From contig CAZWOC010000007.1 in assembly GCA_964635655.1 (NCBI GenBank), positions 44,605 through 108,604 of the forward strand: a stretch of DNA of 64,000 nucleotides, read 5' to 3'. This DNA is from an uncultured Rikenella sp. (GTDB taxonomy: Bacteria; Bacteroidota; Bacteroidia; Bacteroidales; VadinHA17). Shown here piece by piece: positions 1 through 8,974 of this stretch. Position 1 is the first letter of the stretch, and each line of letters starts with the position of its first letter. Both the position numbers and the translations under genes were made by a program. The notes under the pieces are model-generated. The model made no database searches and was not told the DNA's origin. It was given only the letters and a program-made list of their open reading frames with translations.

Positions 1-605
1 CTGATTACCGATTCGGTGGCCGTTCCCACAATGTTTGCAAGCTCCTCACGCGTGAGCGAAATACGCAGGTATTTCTGCTCGTCGAGACCAAAATCCTGGA
101 CAAGGCTCAGCAACACCTCGGCAACCCTTTCCCTGACTGTCTTCTGGGCAATGTCAGTGATATATGAGTTGGCCTCTGCAAGCTCGTGGCAGGTAAGTTT
201 AACAACTTCAAACGCAAACGAGGGATTGGTCTTGACAAACTGTATCAGAAGCTCTGAAGGGATGAAACATACCTGGCAGTCTTCGATCACCTTTGCAGAG
301 GTGCAGGCAGGCTCGTTGCTGAGCACCGACCTGTAAGCTATTATTTCACCCTTTCTCGCAAAGCGGATTATCTGTTCCTTGCCGTCAACACCGGTCTTGA
401 AAACCTTGATGATGCCTGAGTTGATGCAATAGAAACCGCTTATGCGGTTCCCTTCATGGTATAATATGTCACCTCTCCTGTAACGCCTGAAGTCCTTCTC
501 GAAATTCAGCCTGTCAGTCTCATCACGGGTCAGAAAACGAAAGACCGAGCTCGTTTCAAAAGCACAGTTGTCACAGAATGAAATGGTGTAGTCATGTTGT
601 TTCAT
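1..605 (-). CDS. Crp/Fnr family transcriptional regulator (C-terminus cut by window edge)
   Basis: Absent from the ORF track because it runs off the edge. My translation from ATG at 605..603: MKQHDYTISFCDNCAFETSS...RGDILYHEGN...GIIKVFKTGVDGKEQIIRF (cNMP-binding barrel) ...RERVAEVLLSL...ISLTREELANIVGTATESVI (HTH). Confidence 0.8.
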   Translation of the reverse strand, partial: MKQHDYTISFCDNCAFETSSVFRFLTRDETDRLNFEKDFRRYRRGDILYHEGNRISGFYCINSGIIKVFKTGVDGKEQIIRFARKGEIIAYRSVLSNEPACTSAKVIEDCQVCFIPSELLIQFVKTNPSFAFEVVKLTCHELAEANSYITDIAQKTVRERVAEVLLSLVQDFGLDEQKYLRISLTREELANIVGTATESVI

Positions 606-649
606 AACTCTCCAATTAAGAGGCAAAGTTGGCTATAAATTCCTTAATT

Positions 650-1693
650 TCATAATATTTCGGTACGGAACTGGTTCAGGAATCTGATGTCGTTTTCAAA
701 ATAGAGACGCAGATCGTTGACCCCGTATTTAAGCATCGTTGCCCTCTCTATTCCCATCCCGAAGGCATAACCGGTATATTTGACGGAATCAATTCCGCAG
801 GCCTCGAGAACATTCGGATCGACCATGCCGCATCCCAACAATTCGAGCCATCCTGTTCCCTTGCATACGTTGCAACCTTTTCCACCGCATATGTTGCAGC
901 TTATATCCATCTCTGCCGACGGCTCGGTGAAGGGAAAGAACGAAGGCCTGAGACGGATGCTGACACCTTCGCCGAAAAGCTCTGTGGCAAAATAGAGAAG
1001 CGTCTGTTTCAGATCAGCAAACGATACATTTTCCGCTACATACAAACCTTCAACCTGGTGAAATATGCAATGTGCACGGGCTGAAACTGCTTCATTTCGG
1101 AAAACCCTTCCCGGGGAGATTGTGCGGATAGGCGGCTTCTGATTTTCCATCACCCTCACCTGAACGGAGGAGGTGTGGGTTCTTAAAAGAACATCATGCG
1201 GATCTGATTCGCTGCCGGATTTCTTTTCGATGAAGAAAGTGTCCTGCATGTCACGTGCCGGGTGATCACTGGCAAAATTGAGCATCGTAAAGACATGATT
1301 GTCATCCTCAATCTCGGGTCCTTCCGAGACTGTGAATCCAATACGGCTGAAGATGTCAATGATCTCGTTTCTTACTATGGAGATCGGGTGACGGGTTCCT
1401 TCCCCGAAGGGAAATGCAGGCATCGTAATATCAGCAGATGACCTGACTGTCTCGGTCAATGAAAGTTGTTCCTTATTAACGCTGTATTTGTCTGTTGCAA
1501 ATTGTTTCAGTTCATTGAGAAGCTGCCCGGTCTCCCGCTTCGCCTCCGGCGGAATTTGTCTGAAATCTTCAAACAAAACACCTATCTGGCCTTTCTTGCT
1601 CAGGTAGGCTATTCTGAATTGTTCAAGCGAGTCGTCACCCTCAATCAGGAATTCATCAATCTCTTTCCTTAACTCTGCAATCTTCTCCTTCAT
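650..1693 (-). CDS. pheS: phenylalanine--tRNA ligase alpha subunit
   Basis: 347 aa. Class II aaRS motifs FRNEAVSARAHCIFHQVEG, FFPFTEPSAEMDI and GMGIERATMLKYGVNDLR. Confidence 0.95.
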   Translation of the reverse strand: MKEKIAELRKEIDEFLIEGDDSLEQFRIAYLSKKGQIGVLFEDFRQIPPEAKRETGQLLNELKQFATDKYSVNKEQLSLTETVRSSADITMPAFPFGEGTRHPISIVRNEIIDIFSRIGFTVSEGPEIEDDNHVFTMLNFASDHPARDMQDTFFIEKKSGSESDPHDVLLRTHTSSVQVRVMENQKPPIRTISPGRVFRNEAVSARAHCIFHQVEGLYVAENVSFADLKQTLLYFATELFGEGVSIRLRPSFFPFTEPSAEMDISCNICGGKGCNVCKGTGWLELLGCGMVDPNVLEACGIDSVKYTGYAFGMGIERATMLKYGVNDLRLYFENDIRFLNQFRTEIL

Positions 1694-1707
1694 CTCTGAA
1701 CCTTGTA

Positions 1708-2505
1708 TTATTTAATGATTTTCACTTTCAGGATCCTTATGTCCTTCACCGGCTTGTCTGTAATATCGGTTGCCGTTCCGGCTATGGCGTCAACAACCTC
1801 CATTCCCTCAAGTACCTCGCCGAAGACAGTATATGCTCCGTCGAGAAAAGGTGTGCCTCCGGTAGTTTTGTAGACGTTCCTGCGGTGTTCCGGCATAACA
1901 TACGGCCCGGCCTCTTCCATGGCTTCATATGCCTTTATTATTGCATTCTGCTGAATTTCATCCTCAGACAATACAGTATCTGATTTTCCGGACTGGCTGC
2001 GGAGGTCGAGAAGAGCCCTGTTATAGAAATACTGCCTGCGGTTGTATTCAATGCGCTGAACGGTGGCGGCCAGTTCCTCATCATTGTAAACCTTTCCCTG
2101 CACAATGTAAAACTGTGTTCCGGAAGAGTTTCTTTCCGGGTTGACTTCATCACCCATGCGGGCAGCAGCAACAACGCCCCTCCTGTGGTACAGGGAGTCA
2201 TTAATCTCAGCCGGAACAGTATAATCCTCAATTATTAAGGATGAATCCTGGCGTGTTGCCCCATCCCCTGTCTGTATCATGAAATCCTTGATAACACGGT
2301 GGAAGGATACCCCGTCATAAAAGCCGCTCTCGGCAAGCTTTATGAAGTTATCGCGGTGGAGCGGGGTAAGGTCTGAAAGAGATATCAGGATGTCTCCTTC
2401 GGTTGTCTTTATCTGGGCATGGACGCCCTTTTTGCCGCCTGTCGAACAGCCTGCAACGAGCAGTATTGCAGCCAGCCACAGCATGATACGTAATGAAGTC
2501 CTCAT
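1708..2505 (-). CDS. cyclophilin-type peptidylprolyl isomerase, lipoprotein
   Basis: 265 aa. Lipobox LLVAGC. Cyclophilin core FHRVIKDFMIQTGD...GTQFYIV...YTVFGEVLEGMEVVDAI. Confidence 0.88.
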   Translation of the reverse strand: MRTSLRIMLWLAAILLVAGCSTGGKKGVHAQIKTTEGDILISLSDLTPLHRDNFIKLAESGFYDGVSFHRVIKDFMIQTGDGATRQDSSLIIEDYTVPAEINDSLYHRRGVVAAARMGDEVNPERNSSGTQFYIVQGKVYNDEELAATVQRIEYNRRQYFYNRALLDLRSQSGKSDTVLSEDEIQQNAIIKAYEAMEEAGPYVMPEHRRNVYKTTGGTPFLDGAYTVFGEVLEGMEVVDAIAGTATDITDKPVKDIRILKVKIIK

Positions 2506-2534
2506 TTTCTTTTAATTTACGAATGACAAAGATA

Positions 2535-2542
2535 TATATTTG
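2535..2542 (+). promoter_or_regulatory. candidate Bacteroidota -7 promoter box (TATATTTG) for the flippase-dut operon
   Basis: Matches TAnnTTTG 16 nt upstream of the ATG at 2558. Only a partial TTTA sits where a -33 TTTG would be. Confidence 0.3.
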
Positions 2543-2557
2543 CAGTAAGAGTTAAGC

Positions 2558-4027
2558 ATGAACGATATACGCAAACTTGCGGGCCAGACAGTCGTTTACG
2601 GCTTTGGAACCGTGGTCCCGCGATTTCTTAATTATGCGCTTCTGACACCGTTCTATACCCGCATTCTGGGCCTGGAACAGTATGGAATTGTCACGGAGCT
2701 TTATGCCTGGATGGTGCTGGCCCTTGTCATCCTTACGTACGGGATGGAAACCACATATTTCAGGTTTGCAGGTAAAAAGGCGCCTGCAGAAGAGGTTTAC
2801 AGTACGGCAATGATAAGCCTCTTTGCAACGTCAGCCTTCTTTATTCTGGCTGTATCGTTGTTTATAGAACAGGTTTCAGGCTTCCTGGGTTATGAAAAAT
2901 ACCCGGAATATATCCGGATGTTTACATGGATCGTCGCAATTGACGCTTTCTCAGCGATTCCCTTTGCCTGGCTGAGAAACAACAACAGGCCGGTTGTCTT
3001 CAGCATATTGAAAATTATAAATGTGCTTGTTACAATGGTCGTAGCCTTTTTCTTTCTGTGGGCTGCACCGTTGATTGCAGAAAATGGGAACGGCTGGATT
3101 TATAAAATATGGAACCCTGACTTTCAGGTGGGATATGTTTTTATTGCAAACCTGGCCGGCTCGGCAATAACTCTTTTATGCCTTACCCCGTTCATATTCA
3201 GAATAAAACCGGCATTTGACAAGAAGCTTCTGGGTAAAATGCTTTCTTACAGCTGGCCGCTGCTCATTGGTGGCATGGCAGGCTCACTCAACGAAGTGCT
3301 TGACAAAATCCTGCTCAGACGACTTATCGGAGGTGCAGAAGGACTCGCAACCGTAGGCCTCTACGGGGCAGGATACAAGGTGGGAGTGCTTATGTCCCTG
3401 TTCATCCAGATGTACCGGTTTGCAGCTGAACCTTTCTTTTTCGAGAAAGCCGGAAGCAAGGACGCCAGGGAAACTTACGCCGTTACGATGAAGTATTTCG
3501 TTATTACCGCCCTGATCCTTTTCCTCGGGATAAACCTTTACCCCGAAGCCATACAGGTACTTATCGGGGAAGATTTCCGTGAATCACTTGTCGTAGTACC
3601 AATCATTAGCATGGGTTATCTCCTGCTCGGAATTTTTATAAACCAGAGCATCTGGTACAAGGTGGATGACAAAACTATTTATGGAGCATGGATCACACTG
3701 GCAGGTGTTGCAGTAACAGTTGCGGTGAACGTTCTGTTTGTCCCCGGATACGGTTATATTGCAGCAGCCTGGGCCCATGTGGCATGCTGTTTATCGATGG
3801 TGGCAATATCGTATTTCGTAGGGCAGAAATACTACCCTGTTAAATATGAATCAGGAAAAATTATCACGTATATTGCCCTGGCCCTGACCCTGCTTTTTAT
3901 TTCAAGGCTGCTGGAAGGAAAGAACATTATCGTCAACCTGACGGTTGACACTGTGTTGCTTTTCATTTTCTTTGCCGTTGCTGAGATCAGGGATAGATTT
4001 TTTACGTTATTGTTTAAAAGAGGATAA
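2558..4027 (+). CDS. polysaccharide/oligosaccharide flippase family protein (MOP/Wzx-like)
   Basis: 489 aa and hydrophobic throughout with about 12-14 TM helices, which is the typical polysaccharide biosynthesis protein pattern. Its stop shares one nt with the dut ATG (TAATG). Confidence 0.65.
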   Translation: MNDIRKLAGQTVVYGFGTVVPRFLNYALLTPFYTRILGLEQYGIVTELYAWMVLALVILTYGMETTYFRFAGKKAPAEEVYSTAMISLFATSAFFILAVSLFIEQVSGFLGYEKYPEYIRMFTWIVAIDAFSAIPFAWLRNNNRPVVFSILKIINVLVTMVVAFFFLWAAPLIAENGNGWIYKIWNPDFQVGYVFIANLAGSAITLLCLTPFIFRIKPAFDKKLLGKMLSYSWPLLIGGMAGSLNEVLDKILLRRLIGGAEGLATVGLYGAGYKVGVLMSLFIQMYRFAAEPFFFEKAGSKDARETYAVTMKYFVITALILFLGINLYPEAIQVLIGEDFRESLVVVPIISMGYLLLGIFINQSIWYKVDDKTIYGAWITLAGVAVTVAVNVLFVPGYGYIAAAWAHVACCLSMVAISYFVGQKYYPVKYESGKIITYIALALTLLFISRLLEGKNIIVNLTVDTVLLFIFFAVAEIRDRFFTLLFKRG

Positions 4028-4461
4028 TGAAAATCAGGATTGTAAATAAATCCGGTCATCCGCTGCCGGCATATGAAACTGAACACTCGGCAGGCATGGA
4101 CCTGAGGGCTTTTACAGGGAGCGCGGTTACTTTGAGGCCGATGGAAAGAAAGCTGATACCTACAGGTCTTTATATTGAAATTCCGGAAGGTTATGAAGCG
4201 CAGGTGCGCCCCAGAAGCGGACTTGCACTGAAGCACGGCGTTACAGTCCTTAATTCTCCGGGAACAATCGACGCAGATTACAGAGGCGAAATCGGAGTGA
4301 TACTTATTAACCTTTCTGAAAACGATTTTACCGTGAATGACGGAGACCGTATTGCGCAGATGATAATTGCACGTCATGAAAGAGCCGAACTTGTTCAGTC
4401 TGGCACTATCGGCAGCACAGCAAGGGGAGAAGGAGGATTCGGACATTCGGGAAGAAAATGA
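4027..4461 (+). CDS. dut: dUTP diphosphatase
   Basis: 144 aa. Motifs [33 protein letters not shown] and [10 protein letters not shown]. Confidence 0.95.
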   Translation: MKIRIVNKSGHPLPAYETEHSAGMDLRAFTGSAVTLRPMERKLIPTGLYIEIPEGYEAQVRPRSGLALKHGVTVLNSPGTIDADYRGEIGVILINLSENDFTVNDGDRIAQMIIARHERAELVQSGTIGSTARGEGGFGHSGRK

Positions 4462-6167
4462 AGAAAAGTATTAAACTGGCATTTATACTGCTGCTTGCTG
4501 CAGGTTGCTCCGGGCGGGTTGTCTCACCTGTGCTGGAAAAGGAGAGAAGTGCTGATAACAGGTATGATTACATGCTGGCTGAGGCGATGAGACAAAAGTA
4601 TGTTGGTGAGATGAGCGAAGCTGCTGCACTTTTCGAAAAATGCATTGAACTGGACAATAAAAGAGCTGTTCCTTATTTCGAACTCGCCCAGATGTATTCT
4701 TCTGCAGGAGTAAGCGGAAAATCGATGCAATACGCAAGTACGGCTGCAAGGCTGGATCCTGGCAATTACTGGTATCAGCTCGCTTGCGCATCGCTTTTCA
4801 CACAGTATGAAATAAAGGATTCGGCAATAGTCTATTTTACAAGAGCGCTGAAGGCAGACCGGGCATCGGCAGAGGTAAACGGAATCCTGGCCGGACTGTA
4901 CTATGAGAAAGGAGACTCCGGAAAAGCAGACTCACTCTTTAGTGTGATGGAGAGTGAAGGCGTCATGACAACAGAAATGTCACTTATGATGATCTCCGGA
5001 TTACTCGCCAGGAATGAACTTGGCATGGCTGCAGAAAAAACACTTAAGTTGCTTGAAATGTACCCAGGAGAGGCTCGCTTCAGGGCCTTGCTGGCAGATA
5101 TATACAGTGAACAGGGATTTAAGGAAAAAGGTGACAGCATATACGCTGCAATTATAGAGAGCGATCCTGAAGATATTGAAAGTCAGCTGTTATACCTTGC
5201 AAGCCGTGTAAACAGGAAAGAATACGCAGATGTTTCAGGCTTTATCAGGAACATTTACCAGAGCGACCTGGTTGAGCGGGAAAGAAAAATTGCCCTCACA
5301 CGCCGGCTGGCTGAAGACTCGGCATATATGGCGGTTAACGCTGAGGAACTGGTTCAAAGTTTGAAGATACTTGAAGAAAAATATCCGGGTGATGAAGAGA
5401 TCCTCGCTTTGAGACCCGGAGTATGTGAAGCCGCCGGATTTGAAGACATGGCAATCGCCAGATATGAGGAAATCCTGAGTGACGGCCGGCCGGGTTTCTG
5501 GTTCAGGGAAAGACTCATGATTCTCTACGCCGGAAAGGAAGATTACAGGAAGCTTTTCAACCTGGCTGCAGAATATTCGAGAAATAATAACAAGAGCATA
5601 CTCGGGAAAATTTATTATGCCCTTGCTGCAATGGAGCTCAAAGAGTATGATGTTGCTGATAATGAACTTAAAAAGGCCCTGATTCTGGCCGGAAGCAACG
5701 ATCAGTTGAAGGTTCAGGTTTTATCGATGATCGGTGATCTGAAGTTCCGGATGAAGGACTATGAAGCATCTTATTCTTTTTATGAACAGGCACTGGAGAT
5801 TTCACCTGATGACCCGCTTATCCTGAATAATTATGCATATTTCCTTGCAGAAGGAGGAAAGGAACTGAATAAGGCGCTGAAAATGGCTGAAAAGGTTATG
5901 CAATCGGAAGGTGATAATCCGACATATATCGATACATACGCCTGGGTACTGTTCAAAACAGGGAGGTATAAGGAGGCACAAAAGGCAATGCTGAAAATTT
6001 TTGAGAATGGAAAGGGGAATGACCCGGAATTGCTTGAACATATGGGATATATAAAAGAGGCGCTGGGAGACTGTGACGAAGCTGTCGTTTTCTGGCATGA
6101 AGCGCTTAAAAAGGACGCGACAAAGACTTATTTGGAAGAGGAGATAAGGAAATGCACAATGCGGTAA
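4458..6167 (+). CDS. tetratricopeptide-repeat lipoprotein
   Basis: 569 aa. Lipobox LLAAGC. TPR-like helical repeats occur throughout. It overlaps dut by 4 nt. Confidence 0.7.
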   Translation: MKKSIKLAFILLLAAGCSGRVVSPVLEKERSADNRYDYMLAEAMRQKYVGEMSEAAALFEKCIELDNKRAVPYFELAQMYSSAGVSGKSMQYASTAARLDPGNYWYQLACASLFTQYEIKDSAIVYFTRALKADRASAEVNGILAGLYYEKGDSGKADSLFSVMESEGVMTTEMSLMMISGLLARNELGMAAEKTLKLLEMYPGEARFRALLADIYSEQGFKEKGDSIYAAIIESDPEDIESQLLYLASRVNRKEYADVSGFIRNIYQSDLVERERKIALTRRLAEDSAYMAVNAEELVQSLKILEEKYPGDEEILALRPGVCEAAGFEDMAIARYEEILSDGRPGFWFRERLMILYAGKEDYRKLFNLAAEYSRNNNKSILGKIYYALAAMELKEYDVADNELKKALILAGSNDQLKVQVLSMIGDLKFRMKDYEASYSFYEQALEISPDDPLILNNYAYFLAEGGKELNKALKMAEKVMQSEGDNPTYIDTYAWVLFKTGRYKEAQKAMLKIFENGKGNDPELLEHMGYIKEALGDCDEAVVFWHEALKKDATKTYLEEEIRKCTMR

Positions 6168-6916
6168 GGAATGTTATAATATTTTTAATTCTGTTTCTGT
6201 CTGCAGGATGTTCTGCTTTACGGAAAAGCAGAAGTGACGAGTCGGCGAAAATTTACGGTAATACTGATTATCACAGTATTTTAGAAAACGTTACCACAAA
6301 TAATGTTACTGATGGCGGATTTGAGATAAGAAAAGGAAGTATTAAGCTCGAAGGAACACAGATAGAAGGAACTTTCGGACTCAATGCAAGGCTCAACAGC
6401 AGAGGCGATTTCTATGCATCTGTCAGGGGACCCCTTGGAATCGAGCTGGTCAGAATACTTATGGTTGAAAATGATATTGCTGCAATTGACAGGTTTAACC
6501 GGAAAATATATGTCGGCAGTAAGAGCGAAGTATTGAGGAATAACGGAATGCCCGAAGATTTCATGAGAATAGTTTTCGGCGATATTCCGGCCGGAAGAGA
6601 TCTCAAACTCATTAATTCTGAAAAGAATGAACTGACAGTGGCTGATGAAAGTAAGGATTTCCGGAATGTTATAAGAATCTGTATTGAATCTATGAAGGTT
6701 TGCGCAATGAACATTGACGCAAATAATTCAGAGTATGAACTTTATATGACTTTCGGACCTTTTGCTGAAGCACAGGGAAGAAAGTATCCGGCAGAAATTT
6801 CCGTTGAGGAGAGAAAGAAAATGTTTCACGTGAAACTTTTTATTGACGATCTGATTTACGGGTATGATTCTGACATAGAATACAAACTCCCATCATATAA
6901 AAGAGAATCATTTTGA
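6152..6916 (+). CDS. lipoprotein, DUF4292-like (family call tentative)
   Basis: 254 aa. Lipobox LSAGC. Size and position between the TPR lipoprotein and the M23 protein match what I recall for DUF4292 in Bacteroidota. I cannot verify this without an HMM search. Confidence 0.45.
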   Translation: MHNAVRNVIIFLILFLSAGCSALRKSRSDESAKIYGNTDYHSILENVTTNNVTDGGFEIRKGSIKLEGTQIEGTFGLNARLNSRGDFYASVRGPLGIELVRILMVENDIAAIDRFNRKIYVGSKSEVLRNNGMPEDFMRIVFGDIPAGRDLKLINSEKNELTVADESKDFRNVIRICIESMKVCAMNIDANNSEYELYMTFGPFAEAQGRKYPAEISVEERKKMFHVKLFIDDLIYGYDSDIEYKLPSYKRESF

Positions 6917-8094
6917 GGCTTTTGATGTCCATATTGTTGTTTTCGTTCCTGACTGTTAACGTGATAGTCGGGCAAAGCAGGGCTGAACTTGAGGAGATGA
7001 GAAAGAAGAATCTCCAGGAGATAGAATATGTCGACAGAATGCTTAAAACAACAGCAACACAGAAGAATGAGAATCTGAATGAACTCAGGGTTATTGGTCG
7101 GAAACTCAATCTAAGGGAGAAGCTTATCAACGAATACGGACAGGAGATCGGGCTGCTGGAATACAGAATAAGCCTGAATACACTTGCAATTCAAATGCTC
7201 GAGATGGATCTGGAGGAGCTGAAGGACGATTATGCAAGGTCAATTGTCAGTGCATACAAGGCTACGAAAGGCTCTCCGGCAGTTGCTTTCATTCTTTCGG
7301 CGGCAGATTTCAACCAGGGCTACAAAAGACTTAAATATATTCAGCAGGTTGCAAGGTACAGGAGGAAGGAAACTGAGACAATCGAGGCGTTATACAGTGA
7401 ACTGCAAGGAACAAGGCAAAGACTTGAAAAGGACAGAAGGAACGTAAGTGATCTGAAAAATAAAGAAGTAAGGCAAAAACAGATCTTAAGCCAGGAACAA
7501 AACAGAAAGGAAACACTTGTCAGCAACCTTGGAAAAAAGGAAAAGCAACTGAAGCAGGAATTGGAAGAGAAGAGACGAATTGCACGACAGATCGAAAAGG
7601 AGATTGAAAGACTGATAGAGGAAGAAAGCAAAAAGAGCCAGACAGCACCTGTAAGCAGGGAAATGGCAGTTATAGGCGATTCTTTCGGCGAAAACAAAGG
7701 ACGTCTGCCATGGCCCGTGGACAAAGGAATCATTACTTCGCATTTTGGTCTTCAGCCCCATCCCGTTCTGAAAAATGTAACCGAGGATAACATAGGGATT
7801 GAGATTACATCAGCAGGTACGACAAAAGCGAAATCTGTTTTCAGGGGTGAGGTTGTTCGTGTATTTGCAATTTCAGGAGCCAATATGGCTGTCATTATTA
7901 GACACGGGAAGTACCTTACGGTTTACCAGAACCTTGTGAATGTAAGGATAAAGGCAGGAGATACTGTCGTTATGGGACAGGAACTGGGAGATGTTTATCT
8001 TGATATTGGCGACGGGGGAAAGGCCGTTATAAAATTTATGGTATATGAAGAGAAGAAAAAGCTTAACCCTGAACAGTGGCTTATAAAAAAATGA
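6913..8094 (+). CDS. EnvC-like murein hydrolase activator (coiled coil plus degenerate M23/LytM domain)
   Basis: 393 aa. Signal peptide, a long K/E/Q coiled coil, then a C-terminal LytM fold in which the metal ligands are replaced: NIGIE for HxxxD, YQNL for YxHL, and no HxH. Confidence 0.8.
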   Translation: MRLLMSILLFSFLTVNVIVGQSRAELEEMRKKNLQEIEYVDRMLKTTATQKNENLNELRVIGRKLNLREKLINEYGQEIGLLEYRISLNTLAIQMLEMDLEELKDDYARSIVSAYKATKGSPAVAFILSAADFNQGYKRLKYIQQVARYRRKETETIEALYSELQGTRQRLEKDRRNVSDLKNKEVRQKQILSQEQNRKETLVSNLGKKEKQLKQELEEKRRIARQIEKEIERLIEEESKKSQTAPVSREMAVIGDSFGENKGRLPWPVDKGIITSHFGLQPHPVLKNVTEDNIGIEITSAGTTKAKSVFRGEVVRVFAISGANMAVIIRHGKYLTVYQNLVNVRIKAGDTVVMGQELGDVYLDIGDGGKAVIKFMVYEEKKKLNPEQWLIKK

Positions 8095-8154
8095 CTAAAT
8101 TTTGCAACAAATAAGTACCCTTTCAGTTAAGAATTAGTGAATAGGGATTCAGGA

Positions 8155-8547
8155 ATGGAAAGCATTACAATAAATTCAGACGTTGAAAAGTTGCGCGTTG
8201 TTGAAACGCTGGTAGATACATTGTCGAAAAAGCTTGGTATCTCCGACGAAGTGTACGGGAAAATTTTAATCTCCACAGTGGAAGCTGTAAACAACGCAAT
8301 ACTGCACGGTAACAAGGGTAATGCTGACAAAACAGTGACCGTCGATTTTACAGCTGACGGGAACCTTTTTGAAGTCACTGTAACTGACCAGGGAGACGGT
8401 TTTGATTACAACAACCTGCCGGATCCGACAGATCCGGAGAATATTGAGAACCTTCACGGGCGAGGGGTGTTTATTATGAGAAGCCTTGCTGACATAATCG
8501 AATATAATCTGACAGGCAGCCAGGTTAAGATGAGGTTTAAATATTAA
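8155..8547 (+). CDS. small GHKL ATPase, RsbW/SpoIIAB-like anti-sigma-factor kinase family
   Basis: About 130 aa from ATG 8155 (the ORF opens at GTG 8137). N-box EAVNNAILHGN, G1 DQGDGF, G2 HGRGVFIM. Confidence 0.55.
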   Translation: MESITINSDVEKLRVVETLVDTLSKKLGISDEVYGKILISTVEAVNNAILHGNKGNADKTVTVDFTADGNLFEVTVTDQGDGFDYNNLPDPTDPENIENLHGRGVFIMRSLADIIEYNLTGSQVKMRFKY

Positions 8548-8551
8548 GGCC

Positions 8552-8974
8552 TTGAGAGTCAGTTTCCATTATGATATCGGGAAATTCAGGCTGCGCGACA
8601 GCAGAGTAATCAAAAAAATTGCGGAAAGGATTATTTGTGACGCCTCATTGAAGGGCGGAACTGTTGATGTTATAATCACAAGTGACGAGAAAGTTTACGA
8701 GATAAACAGGGAATTCCTTGGTCATGATTATCTGACTGACATAATTACTTTCAACTACAATAAGGGAAACACCGTAAATGGTGAAATTTACATCAGTGAG
8801 GAACGGGTAAGGGATAATGCGGAAAAGTACGCTGTATCTCCGGGCTCTGAGATGAGAAGGGTAATCTTCCATGGTATTCTTCACTTATGCGGATATGATG
8901 ACAGAACAGAAGGGGAGAAGAAAAAGATGTCTGAGATGGAAGAAATGTATCTGGCCTTATCATATGCCGAATGA
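8552..8974 (+). CDS. ybeY: rRNA maturation RNase YbeY
   Basis: 140 aa from TTG. Metal site HGILHLCGYDD. DIITFNY motif. Confidence 0.9.
   Translation: MRVSFHYDIGKFRLRDSRVIKKIAERIICDASLKGGTVDVIITSDEKVYEINREFLGHDYLTDIITFNYNKGNTVNGEIYISEERVRDNAEKYAVSPGSEMRRVIFHGILHLCGYDDRTEGEKKKMSEMEEMYLALSYAE

Noticed and set aside
16-336. 106-aa plus-strand ORF at the left edge
   Set aside because: It is the antisense shadow of a clearly recognisable Crp/Fnr regulator on the minus strand (1-605). Its own translation has no recognisable features.
3832-4446. 204-aa minus-strand ORF opposite the flippase 3' end and dut
   Set aside because: It overlaps the unmistakable dut gene over dut's whole length. No motifs. 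Shadow ORF.
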